Below are positions 22,046 to 33,105 of a DNA stretch of 33,105 bases, one piece after another. The position numbers and the translations under genes are program-made. This stretch comes from Trichosphaerium sp. ATCC 40318 (lineage: Eukaryota > Protista > Tubulinea): NCBI GenBank assembly GCA_038496445.1, contig JALMLS010000045.1, positions 1-33,105 of the forward strand. The letters are read 5' to 3'. Numbering within the stretch: the stretch's first letter is position 1; the number at the start of each line of letters is the position of its first letter. A model generated the notes under the pieces. The model was not told where the DNA came from and searched no databases. It saw only the letters and a program-made list of their open reading frames with translations.

Positions 22046-23077
22046 ATGAGCAGACGAGGAAATCAAGAAAATAATCCACAGCGTAGACAGGTTCAGGCCG
22101 CTCCACAACAACCGCCACAACAACCGCCACAACAACCCGCCCCTCAACAACCAGACCCACAAACGCCTCCCGACACACCTCAGAAGTCTACACAATCAAG
22201 ACAAAGTGGAACACAAATTAGTGCTTATCAAACACGTTTGTTAAACAAATTGACACTGGCTTCAAAGGCAAAAGATGTGGTTAAGAAAAGAAGAAAACGA
22301 TCAGTTACACCCTCATTTGTCAACAAATTTGAGCAAATCAAGCGAAGGACCACTCAACAATCACAGTTATCTGAAGTAGAAAAACTGGCAGATATTTTAT
22401 CAAAGCCTAAAATCCCAGATGACTTACCGTTATTCTATGGAAATGGTGATGATGTTATGGCATGGTTGAGAGCTATGATGGCGTTTTCCGAAATATATGG
22501 TTGGCAAGATGAACAATGGTATCAGGCAATCACTTCTCATCTACGAGATGGCGCACTGAATACATGGTGTTGTTTACCTCCACACCAACGTGTCAATATT
22601 GACAGTGTCATTGCAGTATTGATTGACGGCTATGCAGAAGATGAACGCCCAGACAAAGCTATGGATCGCTTTGAATCAACCAAACAAGGATCTGATACCG
22701 TACAAAACTATTATGGCAGACTCAAAGGAAAAGCAATTGATGCCGACATGAACCCAACTACAAATCCAAATGATAGAAATACATTCATTCGAGTATTTAG
22801 AAGAGGGCTCAACAAGAACATAAGAGATAAAATTGATCATAAATTCTATGTGGATATTGCTGACATATTGGCGGATGCTAAGAAACAAGAACAAAAATTA
22901 AAAAGTCAACAGTCACAAGTTGTTAGCGCTATAAGCTCAACACAAGAACAAGAAGATATGATTACTAAAATGGCAGAGGCAGTGGTATTGGCACTTCAAA
23001 AATCGGAAAGATGTTATAGGAAGCACCCAAGTTTGGCTCCTAAGGGTTGGTCACCCGCTAATAGATCAAAAAACTAG
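22046..23077 (+). CDS. Retrotransposon Gag
   Basis: Capsid-like motifs FYGNGDDVMAWL, LRDGALNTW, KQGSDTVQNYY, FRRGL, with a Pro/Gln-rich N-terminus. Confidence 0.85.
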   Translation: MSRRGNQENNPQRRQVQAAPQQPPQQPPQQPAPQQPDPQTPPDTPQKSTQSRQSGTQISAYQTRLLNKLTLASKAKDVVKKRRKRSVTPSFVNKFEQIKRRTTQQSQLSEVEKLADILSKPKIPDDLPLFYGNGDDVMAWLRAMMAFSEIYGWQDEQWYQAITSHLRDGALNTWCCLPPHQRVNIDSVIAVLIDGYAEDERPDKAMDRFESTKQGSDTVQNYYGRLKGKAIDADMNPTTNPNDRNTFIRVFRRGLNKNIRDKIDHKFYVDIADILADAKKQEQKLKSQQSQVVSAISSTQEQEDMITKMAEAVVLALQKSERCYRKHPSLAPKGWSPANRSKN

Positions 23078-23091
23078 ACTCAGGTGTTGGC

Positions 23092-24290
23092 TTGGGCTTA
23101 GCCAACATTTATATCATACAGCCCACTCAAACACGTGATGTTGATCCTAACCACGTGTTACTACCCAACCTCCTAAAAACAATAACCAGCTTGGCAATGG
23201 CTTTGGAAACAATCAACAAGTATTCTTATATTATTTTTGGCCAGAATGATAATTTGGATATTCGATTGAACGCTTTTATACTGGTTTTACACAGTTTTCC
23301 TTATGAAGTTTTTCTTGGCACTGTTTTGATTACAAACCTTGGCGGAACACAAGATGCTAACAAGTCAAAATGGATAGTTCAAGGCAGGTCAGGTATCGTT
23401 GAAATACTCTTTGTGTGCAGGCAACATCATTGGGCAAACTCTGTTTGTACTATTTTACTTGCCACATTCAATATGAGTTATTTGACAAGCAAAACGCTCC
23501 ACAACAATCGTTACCAGTGCTTCAACCAGTTTAAAACTTTGGTTGTGCTATCTATACTTATGGACAAATCCTTGGAGGAAGTCTCAGATGATTTTATGTC
23601 AATTATTCAGCCTGATCAGCTGTATAAGCTTCCGAAACTCCTTGGTTATTTGCACGATGTCTTTGCAGTTGGAAAGAAACCTGGACATATATTAACAGTC
23701 AAGAACAGGATCAAAGTACCTGGAGATGTCGTATCATTCCATATTACACCTTACCAAGTTTCGCTTAACGATGCAGACATAATTATTGAAGAAAACACTG
23801 AAAGCATGCTAAAGAATGGTGTCATTCGACCTTTTGAGTCAGAATGTGCGACGGTGGTGTCAGTACCAAAATCAGATGGTACTTTACGATTTTTTTTTTG
23901 TGGATTACAGAGTTATTCAAATGCCTATCCGCTAAACATACGTGGACCAATCTTTTCAAAGATTGATCGTTCATTTTGATATTGGCTTATTTGGTTTCTA
24001 TGGCAATGATGTTGATGTTCACTTGTATAACAAGGTTGGAACTTATGAAATTAACTGCATCTCAACATTTAAAAGCTCACAACTCTTTGTTACGCTTGGT
24101 CAAATGCAACAATTGATCACTACTTACTTATATCAAACCTCTTTAAGGGGGGAGGAATCTGGAGACATCTACCTCGGACACAATGAACATTAGACTAGGT
24201 GGATATGTTACAAAAGAGAACTGAAAACAACATTGAAGTTTACAATTTGGACAACAACCTCATGCGATTACCTTTCCAATCAAATATTCA
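23092..24290 (+). pseudogene. Degenerate pol remnant (protease-like region and start of RT)
   Basis: PYQVS...ESMLKNGVIRPFES...VVSVPKSDGTLRF matches the Ty3/Gypsy RT N-terminus. No YxDD, RNase H or integrase core was found. Confidence 0.75.
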
Positions 24291-24305
24291 AGAAAACTCT
24301 CTTTC

Positions 24306-24318
24306 AAGGGGGGAGGAA
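24306..24318 (+). promoter_or_regulatory. Polypurine tract
   Basis: aaggggggaggaa directly abuts the 3' LTR. Confidence 0.9.
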
Positions 24319-24512
24319 TGTAACGCTAAGAATTCCTATAGAACTCGGATAGAATTCGTATGGAATTACTTGAGGAACTCTCAATGAGAAGTAGAAAATA
24401 TATGAAATTTCCCATAAATTTCTATCTGTTTTCTATCAGTTATCTACTCTACTTAACTTGTAAATATTAATAAATTAGAACTTACATCAACCTCAACAAC
24501 TGTTCCGTTACA
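24319..24512 (+). repeat. 3' LTR
   Basis: Identical copy of the 5' LTR. Confidence 0.95.
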
Positions 24513-24789
24513 AACTGGTTATTCGGCTTTGTAGTTTAGTTGAACTAACTTCGTTTGGTTGACAAAAGAATGTAAACAGCGCTTACACGTACAATACCTG
24601 AACATAATATCATTGCTACTGTTCAAAGGGTTAATAAAGTGTTCGGAAAATATTATGCGGAATTCAATTGCAAGAAAACCGATTAGCCACGTGTTTTTAG
24701 TTATATGCCATTTGCTTTTATTTATAGATTTGACAATAACTAGAATACAACGCCAGGTTTGTATGTAGTAGTTTAATACATGTATTGTA

Positions 24790-25250
24790 GCATTATCTGA
24801 TGGATTCTCGATTGTAACAACCAGAAATTCTCCAATAGAATACTCTTGGCGTAAATCTAAGTGAACTCTACGAAGAGTTTAGCTATTGCACAAAACTCCA
24901 CAAGAGTTCTACATCGTGTGAGGCACAACTCATCACTTTTAAAGCGGAGCCTTCCGGCAGCTTGTAGACGCATTGAATCCTTGTTTGCTAAGATCAAGCA
25001 CTGCTCCGGAACCGGAACTGACCTTAAACCTCCGTGTTATTTACTATGATGAATCAAAAATGACCGTGATAATCCAGATATCTCTCTTTACTTTAGAAAC
25101 TGAAGCGGAGTTCTTAAGTGGTTGTGTTGTGATGAGAACTGACTTATTTTTTACTTTCACAAAAAGATCATGAGCGTTAAAGGTCGTGCTGTAGTTTATC
25201 GGCCTAGTCCAACGACACCTGTATCAGGGAGACTGCCAATGCTATTTGAG
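24790..25250 (+). ncRNA. Candidate structured non-coding RNA, family unassigned
   Basis: No convincing ORF and many stems, several of which use G-U pairs that favour the + strand (see findings). Confidence 0.3.
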
Positions 25251-25338
25251 TTCAAAATAAATAAGTTGGTATGTTTAGCAATGTATTTTTGTTATTACGC
25301 CACAAGACATTTTCGCTAATATGAAACTAGTGTCCACT

Positions 25339-27308
25339 CTACTTCTGTGAGACAGGATGGAAGTTACGAAGCTCTCCCACGTCCTTTAAGAATAAAGAAT
25401 TTAGCTGCAAGCGGCGTTCCCTTCGCCGAAGACTCAGTATACTGTTTGATGGCACTAAAACGACTAATGGCAAAAAATCACGTGATAAAAGAATGGAGAT
25501 AACCTTCGTAACTTTGCGGTAACACACTGCCGTAGATGTAAATAAACTGCTTGTACATACATTTTGACCATACTTGATGAAATTGTGTCACATATGCGAC
25601 AAGTGATATTTGAGGACATTGAATGTATTTAGTTACAGGTATTCTTTTTTTCTTGTTGTTTATTTACACAGCCTCTTCTTCTTTATCAACATAAGTTACA
25701 TTTTCTCCTTTTTTAGGCGCCGCGAATATCTCATCAAATGCAACCCAATCTTTTCTCGTGAATACTGTGTACTCATGGTCCGGACATATCTCTTTTGTAA
25801 CAGCTCTAACCTCCGTCCAAGGCAAAGGAATATATTGTACAAGCAATGTCCTTTCGCCTCTATCTCTTGCTTTAAACACTCGTGTGACATCTTCTACTGT
25901 ATAATACCGATAAGCATCACGTTCTTTATATGATTGCAACGTACACGTGAAGCATGCAACACTGAGGTTCTGTTTAAAAGTTGCTTTTAAAGCTGCCTTT
26001 AATAGCTTGCGCGAAGTAAAAGCTATATTGTTGTAATAAGAAAACTCTGACGCCCACCACTCTATCACAATCAGTCAATAAAAAATGTCACTCTAATTTA
26101 ACAGTACCAATTATATCACTCAGCCTCATATCTCTTCCACCTTCAGGAGCTATAAAGTAAAGATATATGTCTCTAATCTTTCGTTGAACATCCCTACCTC
26201 TCTAAATATCCTCATTAGAATTTGTATATTGAGAAAAACCTGAGTGTACATGATAGTCGTGTACAAAGTTATTAAACTCAAGAAATCCTGAGAAATCACG
26301 TAAAGTTGCTTTACCCTACCAATAAAAGTAAGGATAATTAGTTATTACTAGCTTTTTGTGTACACCAGATAGTTGGAAGGCACCGTCTATATATACACCT
26401 GCTTTTTTCACGTTTGGACGTCCAAGTCGTTGCAGCCCAAGCTTAAAAACATTAACTGTTTCTATTGGTTTTGGTGAAAGGTTTAATTTTATCTTTTTTG
26501 GCGCTTCGGCTTCTTTTTCTTCAGCTTCTGCAGCTGTTGAATCTTCAGTTTCTTCTTCAACGTTAGTGGCTTCATCCTTTTTGTGTTCATTGACATCTTG
26601 GGTAGTTTGAATATCATTTTCTTCTGTAACTTGTTCAACGTTTTCACGTGCTTCTTCCGAACTGACATTAACTTCGTTACTGTTTTCATCATTGCTTTCC
26701 TCTTGGTTAACAGATTTATTTTCTTCTGTAGGCTCTGAATTTGTATCAGCCTCTTTATCTTCGGAAGATACCCTATCTAATAGTGATCTATTAATACGAG
26801 CATACGCGCACCACGTGCCTGGACGAAGCGTTTTATTGTACTCTTCAATAGAACTAAAAACAGGAACATAGTGCGTCTTCTCAGATTCTACACCGACAAC
26901 TTGTTTGTCGTCTTGCACTGGAACAAGCCATCTCAACAAAGTGTCAATTATTTAATGTGCCATGTTGTTAATTACGTTGCACGTGAGTTCATAGCTTCTA
27001 TGAACGCCAGTTTACGAAACTGACTGTACGTCTTTGATGTAGGTTTGTCTCTGCGAATCTAAAGACGGCAAGTGTTATTTAATGATCTCACGATCCTAAA
27101 TACGCACAATATTCCATCTATGAACGACCTTAGGCCAGTTTGGAGTTTTTCCATTTCTCGTGATACCTTTTGCTTTTAAAAGCCTCCTATTGCTATCCTC
27201 GTCAAAACTTTTGCGTATTTCCATGTGTCTGGTAGATTGTTTGTGTGTCTGGCGCGTACGCAGTACTATTTTCGTTAAAACACTCTATACAACGTATATA
27301 CGAACCAT
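25339..27308 (-). CDS. Multi-exon hypothetical protein with an acidic low-complexity insert
   Basis: ORFs 26316-26939, 25664-26068 and 25339-25527 are bounded by GT-AG sites. WLVPV...YVPVFSSIEEY weakly resembles SseB-N. The start is approximate. Confidence 0.6.
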
Positions 27309-27455
27309 TGTGTGATTTAGCGCCATAGGCAGCAGACTTCAACATGATAGCTACGAATCACAGTAAACCCAGACGTCAAATGAAGTCTTGACTTGACACA
27401 CAATCAACAACTCTGCGGAGCACACGTATCAAGAATACTGAATCCATCACAGTTA

Positions 27456-28966
27456 ATGTCAACCTTCAAAATAAATAAAACATCGTTTAAAATAAACGAT
27501 AAGCAATACACACGCATTACACTTGAAAACGGAGGTACATCAACGAATTTAAGCTAAAATGACTTATTGGTAGGTGCTGGCGCGTATGTGACGCTTGTAC
27601 CCGAGGTAGGTGGCGCTGTAGAGCAAATTTGTTTACCAAACAACGAAAAACTTTTTACGTAAGTACACTGTACACCAAACAATGGGTTAACTCTAATGAA
27701 TTCTTTAAGATTGCTTGCTGCTCCAAATAAGAGGTAAATCACAAAAGAAAAAGTCGTACAACATTGTCGGTCTGTTTACAACCCTCAGTGATGGTAAAAC
27801 ACCTCTGAACAAGGCCTGGATAGATGACTACGCATCTTCATGGAAAGGTAGCATGCTCATGCCTTGGCAGAATAGGATAAGGGATGGCACGTGATTAATT
27901 TTGTTTTACGAATTAGGAAAACGATCGCTAACAATACTAAAGGAAAATACTCTTGGAGAGGTCAATGTACTTAAGCTGTGCGAAAATACATTGTGCTTAT
28001 TTTTAAACTAGCATACACATTACCTGTTAATGAAACGCCACGCAATTGCGCTTTGCATGGTCTGTTGTTTGACGCACCTATGACAGTAACAAAAGAAGTA
28101 AATAAATCCTATTTAGAACTAATTAACTCGCTCATTACTATTGTAGGTCGCAGACGATAAAGCAGCAAAAGTATGCCTCACTTACGAATTTGATAACAAC
28201 CCTGGCTATCCATGGAAGGTATGCTAAAGGACGTTGATACCACATCTTAATATGGGTAAAGGTGCAAGTTTCAATTCTATACACTCTAGACGCAGCTGGA
28301 TTTAAGTGTGAAATGTGGGGCGTTAATCAATCCGAATCATGTGCTCCATTTGCATGTGGTTGGCACCCATATTTTGCACTTAGTAGCGCTGATACGGTTG
28401 ACAAATGCAGTCTTAAGCTCCAAAATTGTAGGTTTGATATCGATTGTTTGTTTTAATCTAACAAGTTTAGGCGAGGAAACAATTGCAGACAAGCAATTAT
28501 GCCCTACGTCTTCAAAAAACCACCCTGGATTTGATTGCAGTATAAAAGACCTAAAATTGGATACTGCGTTTCGCATTGGTAGGTGGAATAGAACGTAGTA
28601 TAATAGCATCTAACATTTGCAGGAAAATTTTCTATTTCGGACCCAGTTACCGTCTCAGAAGTATGCATATCGTTGTTTTAGTGGTATTCCATTAACGTAT
28701 CTTAGGCACTCACTGCATCACCAATACCATCAAAGTGCAGCACTACGCGGGTTGCTGGTCCTGGTGCAACAATTGCCTTGTGGCAAGATACATCATTCCC
28801 CTTTGTACAAATCTACACACCGGATGATCGCACTTGTATAGCCATTGAACCAACGTCAGGGCCTCCAAACTCGTTTAATGTTCCAGAAAACGAAGAACAA
28901 TACTTTGTATTGAAAAAGAAGGCAGGTACCACATTCTACGGATCTTTTGGAGTTCGCCTTGAATAA
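27456..28966 (+). CDS. Aldose 1-epimerase / galactose mutarotase-like protein, many short exons
   Basis: Spliced motifs GSMLMPWQNRIRDG, LPVNE...ALHGL, GYPW, PFACGWHPYF, LDTAF, QIYTP...IAIEP...PPNSFN. Confidence 0.88.
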
Positions 28967-29201
28967 AATAACTTATTTCACATTTGGCACGTGGGGTTTT
29001 TTTTGTGAACGCTTTTGCCACACTTTCATCCCCGCACCAAAAGCACAACAAATAAACTCTTCGAAGAAGCAAAATTAGCGCGGTTTCCGTGACTACTGTT
29101 GACTATTGTGTCGTGCAAAGAATTGTAATTTACATAATTTTTTTGTCTGTCTGGAATTGCGTACTGCTCTACAACAAACGTTACGTAGCTCGAGCTACGA
29201 T

Positions 29202-32200
29202 ATGAACGAGGAGAATGTTAGTTTCAAAAAATTTGAAGCAAGTAACGACCCAATGGATACGTTGAGTACGTACATGCTATATTTTACGAACGAATGCCAT
29301 TTTATTTCATGTTATTCGTATAAGTTCAAATCCTAGTACTAATAAATTTAAACACTGCTTCGTACGCGTACCACTCATGCGAGTTTTAGTGGGCGAGGGA
29401 GAATTAGAATTATTAGAACTTCACACTTGTATTTCCTCACAAAGTGACGTTTACTGACGCTCTCATAGTGCCTGAAACAAAGAAAGAAGTACGTGACGAG
29501 CAAGGAGATACTGTAATGGAGGATAATGAAACGACAAACAAAGAAAACATCGAATTGAAGCGTAAACGCGCAAACTCGCTCACTCAAGCAAAGAGGTATG
29601 ATTAAAAATGTATTTTTCTGTTTCTTAGTCAGTTTTTTATTTTTCAAATTGAAAAGACGTTAAAGTTTCCTAATTACGTATTTGTCGCATAAAGGAACTT
29701 GTAGCGTAAAAACTTGTTTTACTGAATATCTTCTGTAGTAAAAAACGTATCAAGCTGGAAGTCAACAAGCAAGAACAATCTACAAACTACAGTGGTATCA
29801 ATGCTGAGATTATATCCGATGATGAATCGGTTGAGGAGTTTGGCGATAATGACAACAAAAAAGAAATAAAAAAAGAAGAAAAACAAGAGCAAAAAGATCA
29901 ACCAAAAGAAGAAGAAAAGGTCAAGGGACCATTGACATTGTCAAAAAATAGCGACAAGGAGAAATACGAACTTGGTGCTGGTATGAATGAGAAACTGCGG
30001 CCTTATCAACGCAAAGGCATAAAGTTCTTGTATCCTTTTTACTTTTACAAGTCATTTATGGCTTCAACTCCACTAGCACCAAAATTTGGTTAATTTAAAC
30101 GTCAAATGACGTTTTGTTAGTTACCAATTTTTTTTGCGTCTACATTGGTATCTAACAATCGCATTTTGACAGTATTGCCAATACTGGTGATTTGGTGGGG
30201 TTTTCTTTTTGCCAGCAGTATAAATAGTTGAACCTTGACACTACGAAAGATTCAAGCTCTTCAAACAAAAAACAGGGGTACAGTAACTTGCAATTTAAGT
30301 TTTTTTATATTAACTTTGTTTTAAAGGGCATCCTTGGAGATGATATGGGTTTGGGTAATGTTTTTTTTGTGTGCCAGTTTCGCTGAAATTAAAGCGAATA
30401 AAGTGTTTGGAAATTAAAGTTTTAGGGTTAACTGTAATATAGGAAAGACGGTTCAAGCGCTTGGGTTTTTGTTTGCTATATTGCCAAAACGTAAATCTAG
30501 ATTTAATCTATCACCTACAAAGGTTGGAAATGTATCTCATGTTGAATCAGCACCACCTGATCCCCAAAAGAAGCATGGCCAAGTGAGTGTATAAAATTTT
30601 TAAGAATAATAATAGTCTTACTCTCTTAGGTCCTTGTAGTATGCCCGGCGAGTGTTATACCTAATTGGGAGGATGAAACAAAGGTGTGGAGGCGGTTTGC
30701 GAACAGATCAGATGTAAGATTTCAAAGGTATTTGGGTCCAAAGAGGAAAGAAGTCATAGACAACTTGGATAATGGACGCGTTGAGATTGTATATACATCC
30801 TATGAAACTTTTAGACGCGATTTAGCTGTATTAAACCGAGACTGGCTTTGTGTAGTATTAGATGAGGTGCATCGTGTAAAAGGTAAGTTGGTTTTTGTTT
30901 TAAAGAAAACAACTGCTAACATCTCCAATAATAGCCCGCAAATCAAAAGTAGCTATGGCTTGTCAAGAACTCCGTACAATGCGACGATATGGCTTGACTG
31001 GTACAGTAATGCAGAATAACTTTGAGGAACTCTATACCTTGCTTAATTTTGTTCGACCTCACTGTCTTGGCACACTTGACAACTTCCGTCGTTTGTAAGT
31101 TCTTATCACCTTTAACAATATTTATTGAGCTCCTCCTAATAGTGGTAGGTATACTCACCCAATTAAAACGGGTCAACGACGTGATGCAAGTAAGCCTGAT
31201 ATTGCTAGAGCAAAAAGAGCAACAAAGCAGCTCAACACAATTATACGAAAGGTACTTGTACAATTTCTTTTATTTGAATTTTATATAATTCTAACACGTG
31301 TTCAAGATCGTTTTACGGCGTGATAAGTCTATCATTAGTGAATACTTGCCTGGTAAACAAGATAACATTGTATTCTGCAACTTGACGCAGTTACAAATAC
31401 GTATGTACAAGAGATTGCTTCAGTCAGATGAATTTCAAAGGCTGATTTCATACAAACAGCCTTGCAGCTGTGGGTACGTCTTGCATTGTCGCATAAACGT
31501 TGCTTACGTTTTTCAAAGCTCTGGTTTCAGGCAAAACGATTGTTGTTTTGCGAAAAAGGGCGGTGGTTCATGGAGAAGCCTTTTGTTCCCTGCATTGCAA
31601 ACACTATTAAAGCTATCTAATCGTGAGTATTGTTTTTTTTTGTTGAAGGCATTTAAATTTATGAGCAATTCTTTGTAGATACCATGTTGTTACAACCAAG
31701 TGAATTGAAAAGAGAAAAAGATAGAGCGAAACATACGCGAGCTGTAAATTTATGGAATATTGCCGTGGTATGAGATTGTTTTGTTATTCCTTTAGTTTGT
31801 TTGTACTAACTTTTTATTTTTTAGGGCGAAGATAGGGCATTGATAGAAGAACTTATTGAGACAAGACAACATGAGATGTTGTGTGGTAAAATACTTACTC
31901 TGAAATCTTTATTGCCTATCTGGAAAAGCAAAGGTCATAAGATATCCTTTAAGATTTTTTGATTCCTCTTTTTTTCGTACAAACATATAAAGTCGCTTAA
32001 CTATGATACATTCTACTCTTTTCTCAGTCCACCAAGATGTTGGATATTTTATATGGCGTTGTCAAAAGTGCAGGGCTATCATCATTACGTCTGGATGGAT
32101 CTACTCCTTTGAATGAGAGAAAGCGTAGAATAGATATTTTTAATAATCCTAAAGGACGTATTGATTTATTCTTGATAAGCACAAAAGCTGGTGGTCTTGG

Positions 32201-33105
32201 GTTAAATCTTACTGGTACTTTTAAACATAACTTGAACGTTGTTTTTTAATGAAACATAAATTAGGAGCCAATATTGTTGTTGTGTATGACGCCTCTTGGA
32301 ATGCTACACATGATCTTCAAGCGCAGGATAGAGCGTATCGTATTGGTCAAACGAAACACACTGATATTTACAGACTTATATCTGCTGGTACAATAGAAGA
32401 AATGACGTATGTGAAAAGCAATTGATGGTAGTACGTTTGTTGACAGGATGTAGGTATAATCGGCAGATATACAAACAACAAATGGCTGGTATAGGTATAG
32501 AAGGGACGTATGAACGTAGGTATTTCACTGGTGTGGAGGGAGTAAAAGGACAGGAAGGAGAAATTTTTGGGTTAATTAATCTCTTGAAACTTAGTAGCGA
32601 TAAGCTGTTCACAAATGGTAACTATTTTACATGATTCGCCAACGTATACTAAAAAACTATTTAGATATTATAGAAAAAGCTAAAGATTCCGAAGAAAACT
32701 ACATTGTAAAGGAGAACAAACTCAATAAGGAACAGCCTTCAATGCTAACTGGTACTGGCAAGTATTAATAAGTTATCTAAAGTTTGTATTCTGTAGGTTT
32801 GTTTGATAAACCTTCATCTCAAAACGAATCTACAATAGACCTCACAGGAGACGAGAAACTTATTGATCTTGACACGATAGCATCGCGTACGAACCTAGAG
32901 CTTTGTCCTTTGTCGTTTTAATAGCTTGAACGCCTTGTGCTAACTTTTCTTTAGAATTGAATAACAAATCTTTCTCAGTGTTCGATGATGATGTAGCCAA
33001 AGCACTTGCCGCTTCTGGTGTTTTGTACACTCACCGAAATAGGGTACACTGAAACCTTTCTTCTTTTTTTCTTCTTTTTTTTTTGAAAATTAAATGATTC
33101 AAAAC
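29202..33105 (+). CDS. ERCC6L2: SNF2-family ATPase, ERCC6L2/SWI2-like, multi-exon, runs off the window end
   Basis: [75 protein letters not shown] and the subfamily-type tail RQIYKQQM...RRYFTGVEG...GEIFGL. The start is approximate. Confidence 0.82.
30030..30249 (+). other. U12-type GT-AG intron
   Basis: 5' site GTATCCTTT and branch-like CCTTGAC about 10 nt before the AG. Removal gives GIKFL|FKLFK in frame. Confidence 0.85.
31942..32009 (+). other. U12-type AT-AC intron
   Basis: 5' site ATATCCTTT, branch-like gCTTAAC, ends in AC. Removal gives the conserved KGHK|[14 protein letters not shown]. Confidence 0.9.

Larger units (their letters stand above)
21666..24512 (+). mobile_element. Non-autonomous Ty3/Gypsy-like LTR retrotransposon (intact gag, decayed and largely deleted pol)
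   Basis: Two identical 194-bp TG...CA LTRs, 5-bp TSD aactg (21661-21665 and 24513-24517), PBS and PPT. Confidence 0.95.

Noticed and set aside
22104-22150. (caacaaccgcca)n tandem repeat
   Set aside because: Encodes the PQQP low-complexity tract of Gag.
24987-25025. U2-like gctaagatcaag (+) and SRP helix-8-like ggtcagttcc..ggagcag (-)
   Set aside because: The U2 branch-pairing GTAGTA and the SRP GNRA loop and Alu domain are absent.

Overview
AT-rich eukaryotic (protist-like) genomic DNA with many short spliceosomal introns. Host genes, left to right: a MORN-variant repeat protein, an F-box/LRR protein, a BTB/Skp1-like gene plus a frameshifted partial duplicate, a C-terminal RING protein, Rsm22/METTL17, PEX10, a DUF836-type glutaredoxin-like protein, an unknown minus-strand gene, a bacterial-type aldose 1-epimerase, and an ERCC6L2-like SNF2 ATPase carrying two U12-type introns (one AT-AC). 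Two retroelements are present. One is a 2.85 kb gag-only Ty3/Gypsy-like element with identical LTRs. The other is an ~8.6 kb, apparently full-length L1/Tx1-like non-LTR retrotransposon (APE-RT-RNase H-CCHC) inserted between the divergent Rsm22 and PEX10 genes, and it is the most unusual object here. Its ORF1 appears to carry three sense-strand spliceosomal introns, yet the unspliced frame stays open for 852 codons and ends overlapping the ORF2 start. It also appears to hold a small spliced antisense gene, and both UTRs are densely structured. All exon structures were inferred by eye, without transcript data or database searches.
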